DNA of 64,000 bases from Phoronis australis (Eukaryota; Animalia; Phoronida): the NCBI GenBank assembly GCA_002633005.1, contig NMRA01000657.1, positions 103,884-167,883 on the forward strand. The letters run 5' to 3'. Under the pieces are notes generated by a model. That model did no database searches. It was not told the origin of the DNA and saw only the letters and a list, made by a program, of their open reading frames with translations. Of the stretch, positions 11,673 to 25,100 are shown in pieces; position 1 is the stretch's first letter; the number at the start of each line of letters is the position of its first letter. The position numbers were made by a program, and so were the translations under genes.

Positions 11673-14600
11673 CTGCAAATACATGCATAATGCTCTAACT
11701 GGTGTGGAAAACTTGCAAGAATAGAGAGTGATCCTAGTAATTCAGCAATCCAAAACTAGGCTTTGTAATCTCGTGTAAAGGTTGGATTCCTGATCTAACA
11801 AGCAGGAAGGGAGGGCAAGAAATAGAAAGTATACACTTAAAAAGTGCAACGCACTGACGAAAAATGGGAAAGGCGGGGTTGCACTGTAGTTGGAAATTAG
11901 TTGCACAACAGTTCATTTATTTAATGTTTTGTGAATGCGTATATCTAATTCAGACAGGGATAGGGGGATTTAATATTGAATAACAGTCGTCTTAAAGACT
12001 CATATTTTGTAAAACAAGTTAAGCAAACTAAATGAGATGTCAAAGAGAGAGAGTGCTACCACCCTGTCACAGAAAGACGCTGTACACAGAATCAATGAGG
12101 ACAGTATTCACTTTCAAATATCTGCTCAATCTTTTTATCGCTTTTGATCAATATCAGATCGATCGCTATACCCCACAGCGCTCATAAAGGGAACGAAAGC
12201 GGTCAACGAGGAGTTTTTTTGGAAAAGGAAATTAAAATGACATCGTTGACGAGGGGAACAGTGAGAACACTTAAGTATTAAAGAGGCCTGGAACGCGATG
12301 TGGAACACGAGAACTCTTGATTTAAACCTTTTAAACAGATCGTGGTGAATCTAATTCTTGGAGGCCTTCAAGTTCAATAAAGTATATTCTTATTTATTTC
12401 GATTTTTGGAGATGCTAACCTGAGAATTATTCACTTTCAATTTGATATTACAAGGATTTTTTTTCGAAACACAGACGATATATAACTCTTTTATTCTAGG
12501 CCAACCCAGTTTTCAAATCTTCCTCACCTAATAACATACATCCGGGCATGCTCTCGAATAACAACCCAGTAAACATTTCCCAAGCGCATGCTAGCTTCCG
12601 TTTTCTTTACAGCAAAGGTCAAAAGTCACATTGTCCATATAAGAGAAACGTGCTACCTCTAAGGAGACGTGCTTTGTTTTGTAGAAAAATCGAAGAAGTG
12701 ACAATACCAATTGACTGGTTATTTTGTTTTTTTTTCTGAAATTTAAAACTAAATGAAAATGCTTCGACATCAACAGAAAATTCAAAATCTTTACGAAAAA
12801 ATCGTAAAAACATCTGGTGAAGAGTTTGACTTCCGTGTCAATGGCAGAGAATCTCTTTGAATAATTCAATTAGGCATTGCTCATCATTCTATGCTACTTT
12901 AACAAACACAAGTTTGGAGACCTTAGAATGGGACATACGGAAGGCGTGATTGTCAGAAGCACAATAAGATGAGCTGAAGATGGGGACAATCCGACAATTT
13001 TTTCTTTAACCTGGAAAAGAAAAATATTTGCAGAACCCTATTACCAAAGTAATCACGACCAAATCACTTCTCAGCTGAGAATTTTTGTTAAAATTGAGCT
13101 TTGATAGATCGCTGTACCCATCTCAAGATAGTGATTTAGAAAAAATGGAACAAACCAAAAAACAAAAAAAATTCTAAGCGAACATTCCGGGACGAAATTC
13201 GTTTAATTAAACCGCTCGTATTTTAAAGAGAGTGAAACATGGAAAAGGTCCATGATGTGATGGTCTGTATAAATTCTTCTCTATATATTTACCAATGGAT
13301 TTAGCTTGGAGAAAAGCAATAATTCATTCGCTCATTGGTCTATGAAGCTAATCTTTAAAAAGCTGCAGAATACATGTTAAAAGATTTTGTTGTCGGTATG
13401 CATTGATGTCAGAATGAAAACGATACTGCTTAATATCATAAACGAAAATCAATGAGAATTGCATGCTGGTGTACCTACAGGGTGTGCATACAGCACGATG
13501 CCCTACATTTTACTAACGAACACAATATTCCTGGAATGCTATTACTAGATGATTTTCCGAAAACTTTTCATTGACAGCCTATTTCTTGAAATTCATGGGT
13601 AATGTTTTATCATTCTTCAGCATCAGCGAATGTGTCATTGAGTGGGTCGACATCTTAAATTCTACTTCTCAAGTCTACGTTGCGCCTAATGGATTATCTT
13701 TTGTTGCTTTTCCTACTCTGCAAGGGTGAGCGACGTATGTCACCAGTCTCTTGCATTACCGCATGTGAAGAATAATTGGGCTATTAGGATTATTAAATGG
13801 CTTCATCTTTCAAACCTTTATGCTGATGGCATGGCTCTTTGCCTAGATGGTTCAGAAAAAAGCCTGATTTTTTTATCTTTTAGATCAATGCGGTAAGCGT
13901 TCCTGGTTAAAACCTTGCATAGGTAAGGTTGAGTGCATCGGGACTAAGGGCAGTAACTCTGACGGAAATGTTGCATTTTGTTACAGTGAGACATAAAGAT
14001 GACATCGACTTCATTTACTGTATAAGGAATAACATTTACTGGTGATTTCTTTGACATTGTACAATTTATTTTTGCACAAAGTTTCGGGAAATCGAAATGC
14101 TAGTTAGCGTGTTGTTTGAAACAAATTGAACAGCCTTAGGCAAGATTACCGCTATCAAATAAATTTCGCCGATCGAATTGTTTCATATGTTTATTACCCT
14201 TTCTGTTGAAGAACCTTGAATTGCTTTTCAAGAAATTTATTGGCAGAGAAGTGATAGAAAACCAGGAGCACTTAATTCGAAGATCATGGTAAACGTGTTT
14301 ACAAAACGATTCACACGGACTTCTTCGTTGTATGTTAAGGTGACGATTGGATTCGGCGAATCGTCAACATCCAATCGAACTGTTTTTGGTTTGATACGTT
14401 AACACAATGTAGAAATCACATTAAACTGGAGAATCACAATTTCAAAATATACATTCATAGAAAATGTTCAAATGGGCCGGTTCGTGGGAAATGGGCACAC
14501 GTGAGTAAATGCTTTCGTCTCATTACGGCTCGTATCAAGAAAATATTAATATAAGCAACCACTTAGGTGTGACTGTGATGACGGAATGTAGGTGTGAAGT

Positions 14601-15451
14601 GCGTAAGTATATGTACAAAGTATTATCATTCGTGCTTATTTGAAATAGTGCATATGTGTTTGTACTTAAGCATAATGATCAATAAATATGTTACAAATCA
14701 ATCAGGAATCGTAACCGGTTGACCCACCCGAACAAACGGAGTGAAGCCATTGTGGTCTCGCGGGTCAAACGTTAAATTCGACTCACTTTGCCATTACAAT
14801 AGTAAACGTTTACCTCCACAGTGAAAACTAGACCATGTAATTTCCTGTAAGAAATAACTCACTACTTCAAAATATACGGTTCGAACATCATCCAACATAT
14901 AAGTCATGTAGTGTTAATTCGTCGAGCAGTTTGTCAGTTGGTATTAAGTGCATGTTAATCGATCATGTAGGCATAATAGGCAAGGGGTATTTTCACAACC
15001 CGTCCTTCACATCTTTCTCATCCTAGGCCCGTCCTTCAACTTTTTGGATCCGTCCTTTCCATCGTAAGGTCCATCACTCCCATCGGCAGCCCGAATTCCA
15101 CGCATCGATATTCAAGTCTCATAAATAGGGTCTTTCTTTTGGCAGACTGCAAATATGCTACACTTGATTGGCTCCGCCAGTACAGACGGGTCAACTGACT
15201 AAGTCATGTGGTCGGTTTCTAGAGCAGAAGTCGTCATCGAGAACCAATCAAAGTCATAGCCCGTGAAATGAATCAAGTGCGAACTTCAACTTACACAAAC
15301 GTCTAGCAGGTGTTCATGACAAAATTTGTACTTTGCAGTACCTTCAGTGGAGTAAAACAGTTGACTACTCTGCGTGTCAAGCTTGATCACGTCTACATGC
15401 GAATTGCCACGTATATGGCTTTCGCTACACATGTACAAACAAGTATCTTAC

Positions 15452-15581
15452 TTGGCTTGCAGTTGTACATCAGGTTTAATAACTTCACGTCCCGGAAGCT
15501 GAATCCCTGTCTGTTTCCAATTAGATGTTGGTTTTTAGGATCCACAGTCTGGATTGTCCTTCGTCCATTTGTTGAAAATGC
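15452..15581 (-). CDS. Gene A exon 7, end of astacin domain (AFSTNGRRTIQ...IGNRQGFSFRDVKLLNLMYNCKP)
   Basis: AFSxNG, IGxRxxxSxxD and YxC motifs; 130 nt; canonical splice sites. Confidence 0.96.
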
Positions 15582-16330
15582 CTGTTGTAGAAAAGGTCCT
15601 CTTTAAAGATCAAAATTACAAAGTATCATACGATCAGACACTAAAGAATGAGTAACTGTTTAACCTTCCAATATCCAAGCGCAGAGTCTTAGGAACATCG
15701 TGTTCCCAATTACTTGATTTACAGAAGTCCTGTCATCATGAATGACATCATTTTGAAATTTTCTGAGAATGAGGTCATTTTGTGCACAGCCAGGTAAAGA
15801 AATCGTATGTTGGTTTTCAAATTTTAGTTATTTCGTGAACTCAAGAAACAACTTAGTGTTCTCCAAGTCCGGTTATCAACTAAATTTTTTCGCTGTCTAT
15901 TCGAGTTGAGTCAGATTGACCTCACTACCAGCTGGACTATGGAAAATAACCAGCGTACCAAAATCGTGTTACCAAACTTAGAGCAAAATGTTACACCGAG
16001 CGGCAGCCACGGTACTGTTTGAATCGCTATTTCCGGTGAATAAAACTCAGGTGATGTGAATGGAATGATAATCTTTGAATAGGCGCAGACATGGAATTAT
16101 GGATATACCACGATGTGGTACAATTAATATCTCCACCAGCACCTTGTGTGTGTGTATGGCAACATGCTCATAAAAGTTTGATGAAGCATCGGGAAGACAT
16201 CCAATTGAATATGTTGTTCTAATAAGTATGCAAGGGACGTCTGCAAAATTAGGTTTGCACTTGTGGGACTTAATAACGGTAACTATGGTGGGCGTGGCCT
16301 AACCAAGTTTTTCCAAACAATCCGTTATGT

Positions 16331-16398
16331 GAACAAATCGGCCGTCACAGACCATTGCGTTATTCATGACCATGCTATTGGCTGGGGAAATTCGAAAG
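16331..16398 (+). mobile_element. Penelope-like retroelement relic (GIY-YIG endonuclease C-terminal motif)
   Basis: Peptide NKSAVTDHCVIHDHAIGWGNSK resembles the KSAVAEHxxxxxHxIDWxNxK motif. Confidence 0.6.
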
Positions 16399-16881
16399 CA
16401 TGCCTCCGTGACAGCGTGGGAAATTATTCTGTTAAAAAAGCGGGTGATAGAGTGGACATCTTGCAATTTTAATTAGTAAAAATACCGTGATAGTGTCGCG
16501 AAATAAATTTGCTTTGCTGCAGTTATTCATTATCAAGTGACATTACAGATTGTATCTTTTCTTGCATAATAAACGTTATAGAAATTCCAATGCAAGACAG
16601 TAAAGATGTGTTTTCATTTAAATATTTCGGTTCCATTGAAATAAAGAACACAGTACAAGTAATTGTATTAGTAGTTTAAGTGAATGCAGGAGACTAAGGA
16701 CCAGCAGGCACTAGCGACCACGACTTTGAGACAATGAAGTATTGCGTTTCTGAAAAAAATGGAAGACTTCGATTGGTCGTAAGTGTTTTGATAGGAAAGT
16801 AACGCGGTGGGTAATTTCGTCATGGGGGATTTAATTTCCGCAAGCGCACTGTTGTGTATGCAATTCCGAACATGTACTTAC

Positions 16882-17085
16882 ATAAGCCCCATAATGCATC
16901 ATGCTCGTGAAGTCGTAAGGAACGTTATAGGTGTTGATCACGTTGGAACTGTACTTCTGGAAGTTGTACAAGACAGACGACGGTATATTTTGGCGCAGTA
17001 TGCGGACGTAGTTATCACGGTCTGGTCTTGTCTGTTCATGGTGGAACCCAGCTGCGTGACCAATCTCGTGCATAATTATCCCTTT
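16882..17085 (-). CDS. Gene A exon 6, zinc-binding motif HEIGHAAGFHHEQTRPDRD and Met-turn SMMHY
   Basis: Matches astacin signature HExxHxxGFxHExxRxDRD and SxMHY; TTTCAG/GTAAGT; 204 nt. Confidence 0.98.
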
Positions 17086-19200
17086 CTGAAACAGAACATT
17101 TATTCATATTTATGTGGTGCCACAAAGAGCACTTGTCTGGTTTTAGCTAATACAACGTTCATATGCCGTGCTATTATAAGTCAAATTAGATGTCTGATAC
17201 GCCGCCCGAAAAATTGTGGCATGAACTCTCGTCAGATGATGTTTGGTTATAATTTGCCTTCTTATCGTCTTTCCCAAACTCTGAAGGCAGAATTCTCCTT
17301 CTTACAATCCTGACTCGTGTGGACAGGCTCCATGGTAGCAAACACTTCATTGGCCAAATTATTAGCACTTGAGATATATTTCGACCACTGGTGACTACAA
17401 CCCTGATTATAAATTCCCAAACTGTCTATGCATTTTTCATCAGACTGAAGTAAACTTACGCAAAACATAAAGAAACAAATTTAGCTGTTTTACAATGGCC
17501 CAGTTGCAATTATCATTTTTTGTCCTAAAATGTCTGTTAACGAAGCATTCCTCTAACGAGTAAAAATTTTCAAAAGTCCATAATAACTGATTTCCTTCAA
17601 ACCCGTGGAGTTGTTAAACACTCCAAGGTTTATGTAAACCTAAGTGGTCTTTTCGTTTGGCCATCTAATTAACGATTCGTGCCTTAACTAGTTTTGCGCT
17701 AGTTAGGCTACCTGTCAACATTTAAACGCGCATTTCTCTAAAACAATTCAACCAACAGTGATGATGTTTGTGTCAGTTTGTAATTCGTTGCCTATTTTAT
17801 TCAATTCAACTGTACTGTTAAAATTCTCTTTTGTTACTGCGATGAGAAGATTCAAATCAGGTTCTTTCAAAGGCAAAATTTAAAAACGCGTTTATATCAA
17901 TTGCCTTTGTATTTGCACAAAACCTCCACCACAATCCCCTAAACGATTTGGATGGGCATCTTAAGACTTTATGAGCTACGACTACTACAGTTTGCCAAAA
18001 TTTGATGTTTTCGCACTTTTTCATTATATCATCGCATACAATGTAGTATTTTAGTTTTTATTATAACTGAATATGATTTATGTATACAGACAGCAAGTAA
18101 GTATACCGCTTGCAATTTTAAGGAAATGTTCATGTGTATTACGCCTAAATACAGGTCAATAAATCCACAAAAATTCAACACTGCTTTGTTTTTTGCCTAG
18201 ATCACTCACTGGGCTTCCTGGGAAAAATCCGTAACTCAAAAAGGGCCCTAAAATAAAAGACCGTTTCAATAAAGACCATTTCAATGAAGACCATTTCATT
18301 AATACGTGTACGTCAAGCACAACGCGTGCACTAATTCACATCACCTCCTTTTGCGAATATCTACTAAGACGTTACGCTCTTTTACGATAAATCAACAACT
18401 CAAGTTCGACGCTAAGCCAGACGCCAAGTCGCATTCATCCTCTGACTCAATTCCTTCCGCCGACGACAGAACATAGAACGCAAACCAACGCATAGGCTGG
18501 TGGCGCCAATTTCACCGATCTTGCCCGATTCTTGCCGAACAATTTCGACTTCTGTCTGTTTACTTCCTGTTGTTGTGTCAAAAATGCGCTGATTTTACGA
18601 AATAAACGGAAGAATCGTGAATCAAAGGTAATAAATCTAGGAAATCTGAAGTTTTGGCACCAATCTAGAGGGAATTATTGTTCAACTTTGAAAGTCGCTC
18701 TGGCGACTTCGTGGCGACTTGGAATTTTTCCTAGATCGCCAAACACAATTTGAGGTCGCATTGACGACCAGCAGGTCGCCAAATCGAGCGCTGAAAGACC
18801 ATTTCACACAAAACATTTCAATTGTATAAGCAAGCACGAATAGTATACTTCTTTGCATCACCAGCTCTTGGATGGTTAAACATTCTTCGAATACTAAGTC
18901 GTTTCGCTCTTTTACGGTAAATCAATAATTGAAATTCTTATTGTGCACATAGTTGTAGACACCTGTTTCCGCGTTGTGAAAGCCCGTGTGAGCCAACGAG
19001 AAAATGCTGATCAAAATCGTGACTTAGTCAGCAAAAATACCTCAATCGTAGACGTTCGGGCTTGAACATGTAAACGAAACTATGTAAATACTTTACTAAG
19101 ACGAGGCACCGAAATCACGACTCAATTCACCATTATAATGCATTGGACACAAGAGGTTTCTGGGGGTAACCTCAACCCATGTTTAACTAATCAGGTTTAC

Positions 19201-19385
19201 CCTGCGACATCCATACGCCAGACTGACGGGTTGTCCTCCTCCACTCATGCCAACGTAAGATGAACAGCCGCCGCCATTTTGTAACCGGATATAGTTTCTT
19301 TGATTTGTTCGGCGAACGAGACGCAAACACGTGTACTTATTGTAGTCGTTTATGGCTGCCATGATCTGGCTCCTCTGAACTCCAT
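19201..19385 (-). CDS. Gene A exon 5, astacin domain (YTCLRLVRRTNQRNYIRLQNGGGCSSYVGMSGGGQPVSLAYGCRR)
   Basis: TGTAG/GTAAAC sites, 185 nt, TCL and GCSSYVG astacin motifs. Confidence 0.96.
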
Positions 19386-19469
19386 CTACAAAGGAACAGA
19401 GAGATAAAATAGCATTTTGAAATCTCCATTTTATAGGAATGATAGAGAGAGTTCCATTTTATGCGAATG

Positions 19470-19473
<4 letters not shown>

Positions 19474-19506
<33 letters not shown>
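19474..19506. repeat. (AG)n microsatellite
   Basis: About 16 units. Confidence 0.95.
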
Positions 19507-19509
<3 letters not shown>

Positions 19510-19801
19510 TATTAGTAAAATGATATTATAGTGAGGAGCCTGTTGGATACTTATCAATGCCGCTAAAATTCCAAAAGGCACTATTTTAAACATTGGCATA
19601 CTGTTCAATAGTGCATAGCACAATACAGACCATACGCTGTACAGAAGCAAAGCATAACAAAACACACACGCGCGTGCGCGCGGCACACACGCACACGCAC
19701 TAACACAAACACAGCTTGCTTACATGACATTGATTCAAAAAATGCACGGCCACAAGAGTAATGAAATGTCCGCTGATGGCATGTGAGTCTAATTTTTCGT
19801 A

Positions 19802-20928
19802 CACAGAGTGAGGGGAAATGGCATGGATATCATTTGCAAGGATTTCATAGTAGTTTGAAATGGTGCAATTATCTGTGTAGAGTTCGATGTTATGTTTTCG
19901 AAACCTATGATATAAGCGTTACGGGAATGAGTTGTGGTTTTAGAAACAAAGTTTCGTCGTATGCAATGTTTGTTGAGGAGGAAAGGAATATGAGCACGAG
20001 TTAGTTTGTAGCCTTGGAATGTTGGGGCGGGCGGTGAGAAAATATACTGTAAACTCGAGTATTCAGATTATGAGTGACTGACAATGCTGGAAAGTCATAG
20101 AATTAATGAGGCATACTGTAGTTTTAAAGGTTTAAAGACCACACACAGATCTTTGAAATAAAGAAGGCTATGTTCCTCAAAAAACTGTTCAGTGTGAACA
20201 TAAATGTCGGGAATTAGGTATATGCGTATTAGTGGCAAAGAATCAATAATATTTATAATATCAACTTGTTTACTGCCGACAGGTAGCTAGTAAACCATTG
20301 TAGTTTATCTTCTGTAATGCCGGTGGTTACAAACTTGTCAATATTTAACCTTGAGTAGGTGGCATGATACGCTGTGAGCAATAGATTGACGATTTTCAAG
20401 GCCTTGTGATTTCAGAGCTGCAGAAAGTCACCACTCCGTTGGTTCTGCACTCTTCCAGCAAGATCTGGCGCTCTGTCAATCAGTCAAAAAAAGAAGAATT
20501 TCATGACCGAAACCGGCATTAACATGGTTGAGTGGTCGGGAGACTCACCGGACTTAATTCCCGTCGAAAACCTGTCGTCTTTTGGCAATGCATAACAGTG
20601 CCACCAATGTGAATGTGACAAAAGCACTTCAAGGTCTCAGTGGTATACCCAGATCCCAATTACACCTTGGAGGACTCCTGTACATGTATATGCCATGCCA
20701 AATCATGTCAACATGCTTCTCAAAAACAATGGTCGCCGTACTAAGTACTTGATTATAAGGTAAACGGCTGAAGTCATTTGACGTGACTGTTGACAATATT
20801 TCCTGCGTTTTCAACATATTATAGAATTAAGTTGCGTAGTTCTTGTAGTAGTGGGTTGTGATCAACTGCATGAGCAAAAATAGCCACGGTGACTTTCTGT
20901 TCGGATAAGTGTTTTGATACACTCAGTG
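19802..20928 (+). mobile_element. Decayed Tc1/mariner transposon
   Basis: Peptides FQQDLALC, VEWSGDSPDLIPVENL and MPNHVNMLLKNNGRRTKY (20453-20748) match Tc1 motifs FQQDNAPxH, WPxxSPDLNPIENLW, GGxTKY; ends TA|CACAGAGTG and CACTCAGTG|TA. Confidence 0.8.
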
Positions 20929-21514
20929 TAAGCCCTGAAGACGCACATTTAGTGGTGTAATAGAGCGGAAGTCGTACTGGTTTTTATACAAAAGGGAGTG
21001 AGAAGAGAGTTTGAAGTAGACGTGTTCGAGTTCTATTTTTCGAACATTCGTGTCAGTAACTTGATTTGGGTTTTAAATTGGAGATTGTATTTAAAATTTG
21101 ATATGCACTAGTAAGGGTAAATTTTAACACGTGTTGTACAGAAGTGAAAGATGTTCATTAAAGATGTTTTACTGATCCAAGTCGGAGTTGACAGCTGTTA
21201 CACTATTTGCAAAGTGAGAAGTAAATACATTGGCTAAATCTTACTTATGGCTATAGTTGCATGCCATTTAGGCAATTGTCCACAGAAGGAGATGCGCGGT
21301 TATTATTGCCTCTATTAACATCACAGTTAATAGTTCGCTGTCTTACGATTGTTATCTCTATTGTTTGTGAATCCATTATCAAAAGAAGAAGTTATGCATT
21401 TTTGATGGGTTTTCTTTGTTGAGATTAGTATTATATTTTCTTGTGCGTGTAAGTCATTTGAGAGAGAATGTGGGAGCCTGTACAATCCGTCACGTTATTT
21501 TACTCATACCAATA

Positions 21515-22180
21515 TCAATATAGATCATTACATGGCGATTGGATTTTGGAGAATTATCGCCCGAGGGGCGTTAGCCCCCTGTGCGATGATTCTACAAAAT
21601 CCACGAGGGATCTAGATAAGGGGGATAATGACTGAGAACATGTAATAAGCTATTTATACCACACTCTGAACAATAAACATTGCAATAAATCTATCTACCT
21701 TTCTGGACTCGTCTCGGCTTTTGCAACTACTTTCTATGTCAGAGGCCCGGGGTCCGATCTTCTAAGAAACGCTGTGTTGTTATTATTAAAATAATGTTTT
21801 TACTTAAAACCAAATAAAAATTGAAACAAAATAGAAATAAAGTGAGCCTGCAAAATAAATTTTAAGCAACTACTCTAACTTACTATACATCTTAGCATGT
21901 TAAGCTTCCACCGTGAAAACATCGTCTGCTTAAGTATGTTACCACTGGTTAATAGGTTTCATGTACAAGTCAAAGGATCCCGACGACAGGTAACCCACAT
22001 TAAATCTGGAGATCGATGATTTACAAGTTAGAGAAAATGACAGATTAATTTTTTCCCAATTAGAGATGTCATTTTTATTCAAATTGTGCGTATAAATGTC
22101 GGTACAATGGCGTTTGTTGAACATGCGATTATTGCGCGTAGTCTTTTAAGTATTCTGTTTTCACGTTCGATGCCAGAAAT
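21515..22180. repeat. Interspersed repeat with palindromic end; inverted relative at 48810-49490
   Basis: Colinear inverted similarity over about 650 bp, e.g. ACTACTTTCTATGTCAGAGGCCCGGGGTC. Confidence 0.8.
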
Positions 22181-25100
22181 GTTTGGTACCTTAGTCAAAC
22201 ATATCGTTGACCTTACTGCGCCTAGCCGTTTATTGTTTATTTACAAATGGATTTAAGTGTACGCTGTCGGTTTCTAATCGAAAAGAGTGTCCACGTTGTT
22301 CGTTTAACAATGTATTTAGAAAACTGTTACACAATTATAGTGACCTGCTTCGAAGAAATATTTCAACATCTCCTTGAGACAGGGATGTTGAAGGAAGAAG
22401 CTAAGGCAGAAACATTAGAGACAACAGTGTTGACTTATAACACGATTTACCGATAGGGGTGGTTATTACCATCTCCAGGTAAACTATCAGCTCTTCATAA
22501 CAGTTGGCCCCATTTGAGTACAAATTGAGTAACAACTGTGATGAGATTGTATGCCTACAGAGCATTGGTCCTAGTCTTTCCGTTGACTATACTGGAGTGT
22601 AACAGATTACTACGCCGATGGCCACTACCCCACACGTCCAGTACTCCGAAAAACGGCTACTCCGAAGGCCTACTACTCCGAAAAAACTACGAAATGTTGT
22701 TTTTACTTTTTACTCGATCTTCCTAATTTTCCCCCCAGTTTCACGAAGGAGTTATTAATTTGCTACATACTAACAAAATACCCACACGAAAATAAAATTT
22801 GGACAATGAAGTCCAATGACTTATTTCTGCAGATTCTTATATCTTTGTAGTTAACAACTCTTGTATCGTATATTCTTTGAAGTTCGCTTGACCAAGAGAA
22901 AGTGTATCATATTAATGTTATGAAATAAAACAATTACGTTCATATTTGGAGGAGGCGTGGGTTACTTCAGAGTAGCGTTTTCTTTTCGGAGTGGTGGTTT
23001 TTGAGTAGTGGACAGTAACCATACTGGACGCTCCAGCAAATACTGAGGTGATGAGCATTTCCACCCCAGATGCTTTCTCTAGTTGGCCGCTACAACCCTT
23101 ATGAAACTTATGTGCAAAATATTTGGCCACTATAGTATGCAATAATCAGCATTTTCAAAATATGTCTTGAGGTGCTTAACGAAGAAAAGGAAAAATGAGA
23201 TTAAAACGTAAGTATCAGAAGGCCGTTAGGCACTTTTGACCTTTGACCTCTGCTTTGACCTTGAAAATGACCCCGCATGAATAAAGCAACACCAGAAATG
23301 GATTCCTCATCACAGCACATGGTATGAACAATATACTATGTGACCGTGTTTGTCGTCAAGTTGAAAAAACAACACAAAAAACAAAGTAGGCCGAAATTCA
23401 AAATGGCGGTATCCGTCATCTTGATTTGCAAATAATGCTCAAAGTTGCACAAAGTGCAACAAAGCTAAATTTGTTCTCCTGATCATTTTTAATATATTTA
23501 ACAAAAAATTTGCAGTAATCAGCATTGCACTATGGGGACTATTGGGCCGGTAACTAGAATAGTGGTCACAAACCTACAGTAGGAAGGATAAATTTCAGAA
23601 ATTGCAAATTCTGTCACACTCGACTGTTTGCAATATATCTCGCCAAGAAGAGCTCCAAAGTGATCTGTAAACCTTTTACGGAAAGTAATGTTTGGTATAT
23701 AGATCCGTGAAACAAAGATCGGATGTATACATAGAGATTGTTATTGGTAAAGTCTCCAAGAAAGGTTGTTCCTCTGAATTTTATTGTGGATTCTTTTTAC
23801 TTCTCGTGAAAATTCACTCCAAGTATCTAGCAACTGGACGGCGGTCTCTAGATGTTGAGAAAGTTTGTAATTTTTTATGTTGAAAGATTCGATGCCCAGT
23901 GTCAGTCCTTCCCAGGACACGCATTCGTTTAATTCCTTAGCATTTCGAATTATGGAGGTATCTTTAATATAAATCATGGAACCGCCACGAGAAGAACATG
24001 TGTTATGTTATTGACATCAGGTTGTATGGAAGCTAGAAAATATGTCAGCTGCATACGGGCCGCCTTCCGCCGAAGAAACTGAATTGATTTATGCCGCTTA
24101 AAACGACAGTGTATAAAATTGGTCTCCACATGTTCCATTACTCAGACAGGAAGTGACTTATAGTTCGTGCTGCTCGAGATCGTGCTTGACATGTCATATG
24201 AGACGCTGTGTAGAACCTCAGGTCTCGAGCGACGAACTGCCGGTCTGATTAAGGAAATCTTTGAGACCAATTTCATGACCGTAAGAGGTCTGATTCAAAT
24301 GTTGTTTTTTCAGTGTTAATTGTCCAAACTAAAAAATGTGTATTTGGTATGACGTCCGTGTTTGACTTACGAAACCATTAGGTTCTGGGATGTCTTAGTA
24401 TAAATTACCGTCGGCCAGCGGCTCTGCAGCCAAAACGTGATGTGGCAGGGAATATAAAACAAACATAATATTTATTTAGTATCTGCGCCGTTTTTTCAGA
24501 GGCGAAAGGGGGAGACCACCAATAGTTTGAGTTTATTAGTGCAGACATGTCGTCAAATGAGTTCCGTGTCCGGTTTATTGGATAATTGAGACCATTACTA
24601 TTTAAGTTGCAAAATTGACACTAATTGGTCCTTTGAAGTAAAGCTTCAGTAACACGTTATAACTTTGTTAGGCCATTCTCAGAGGAACAGACCTTAATTG
24701 TCACACCCAGAGTGTTATTTATTTATTTAACTGTTTGAAACAATGTTTCCAATGTTATTTATTTGACTGTGTTTAACGAGATTTCAAGAGCGCAACATTC
24801 CTCTAGCGCGCCATACCCTCGGAATTTGCAAAATCCTATTGCAAAACTCATGTATCCAACGCTTTCAGCAACCCTGGGAAATCTGCCACTTATGAGTTTA
24901 ATTTGGAGATAGACTTCAGAGTTCGGTTTTATCACACCTTACTACTTTGGAAACAAGTCGGATATAATGCTCCCTGGTTTTGAGAATTGCGGTATCAACA
25001 TGTTGTAACAATTTCAGTGCAGGTTCACTAGTTATACCTCAGAGAGTCAGACTGTTAGTGTTTTAATTAGCCAGATGGAACACACCAGACCAGTGCCAGT

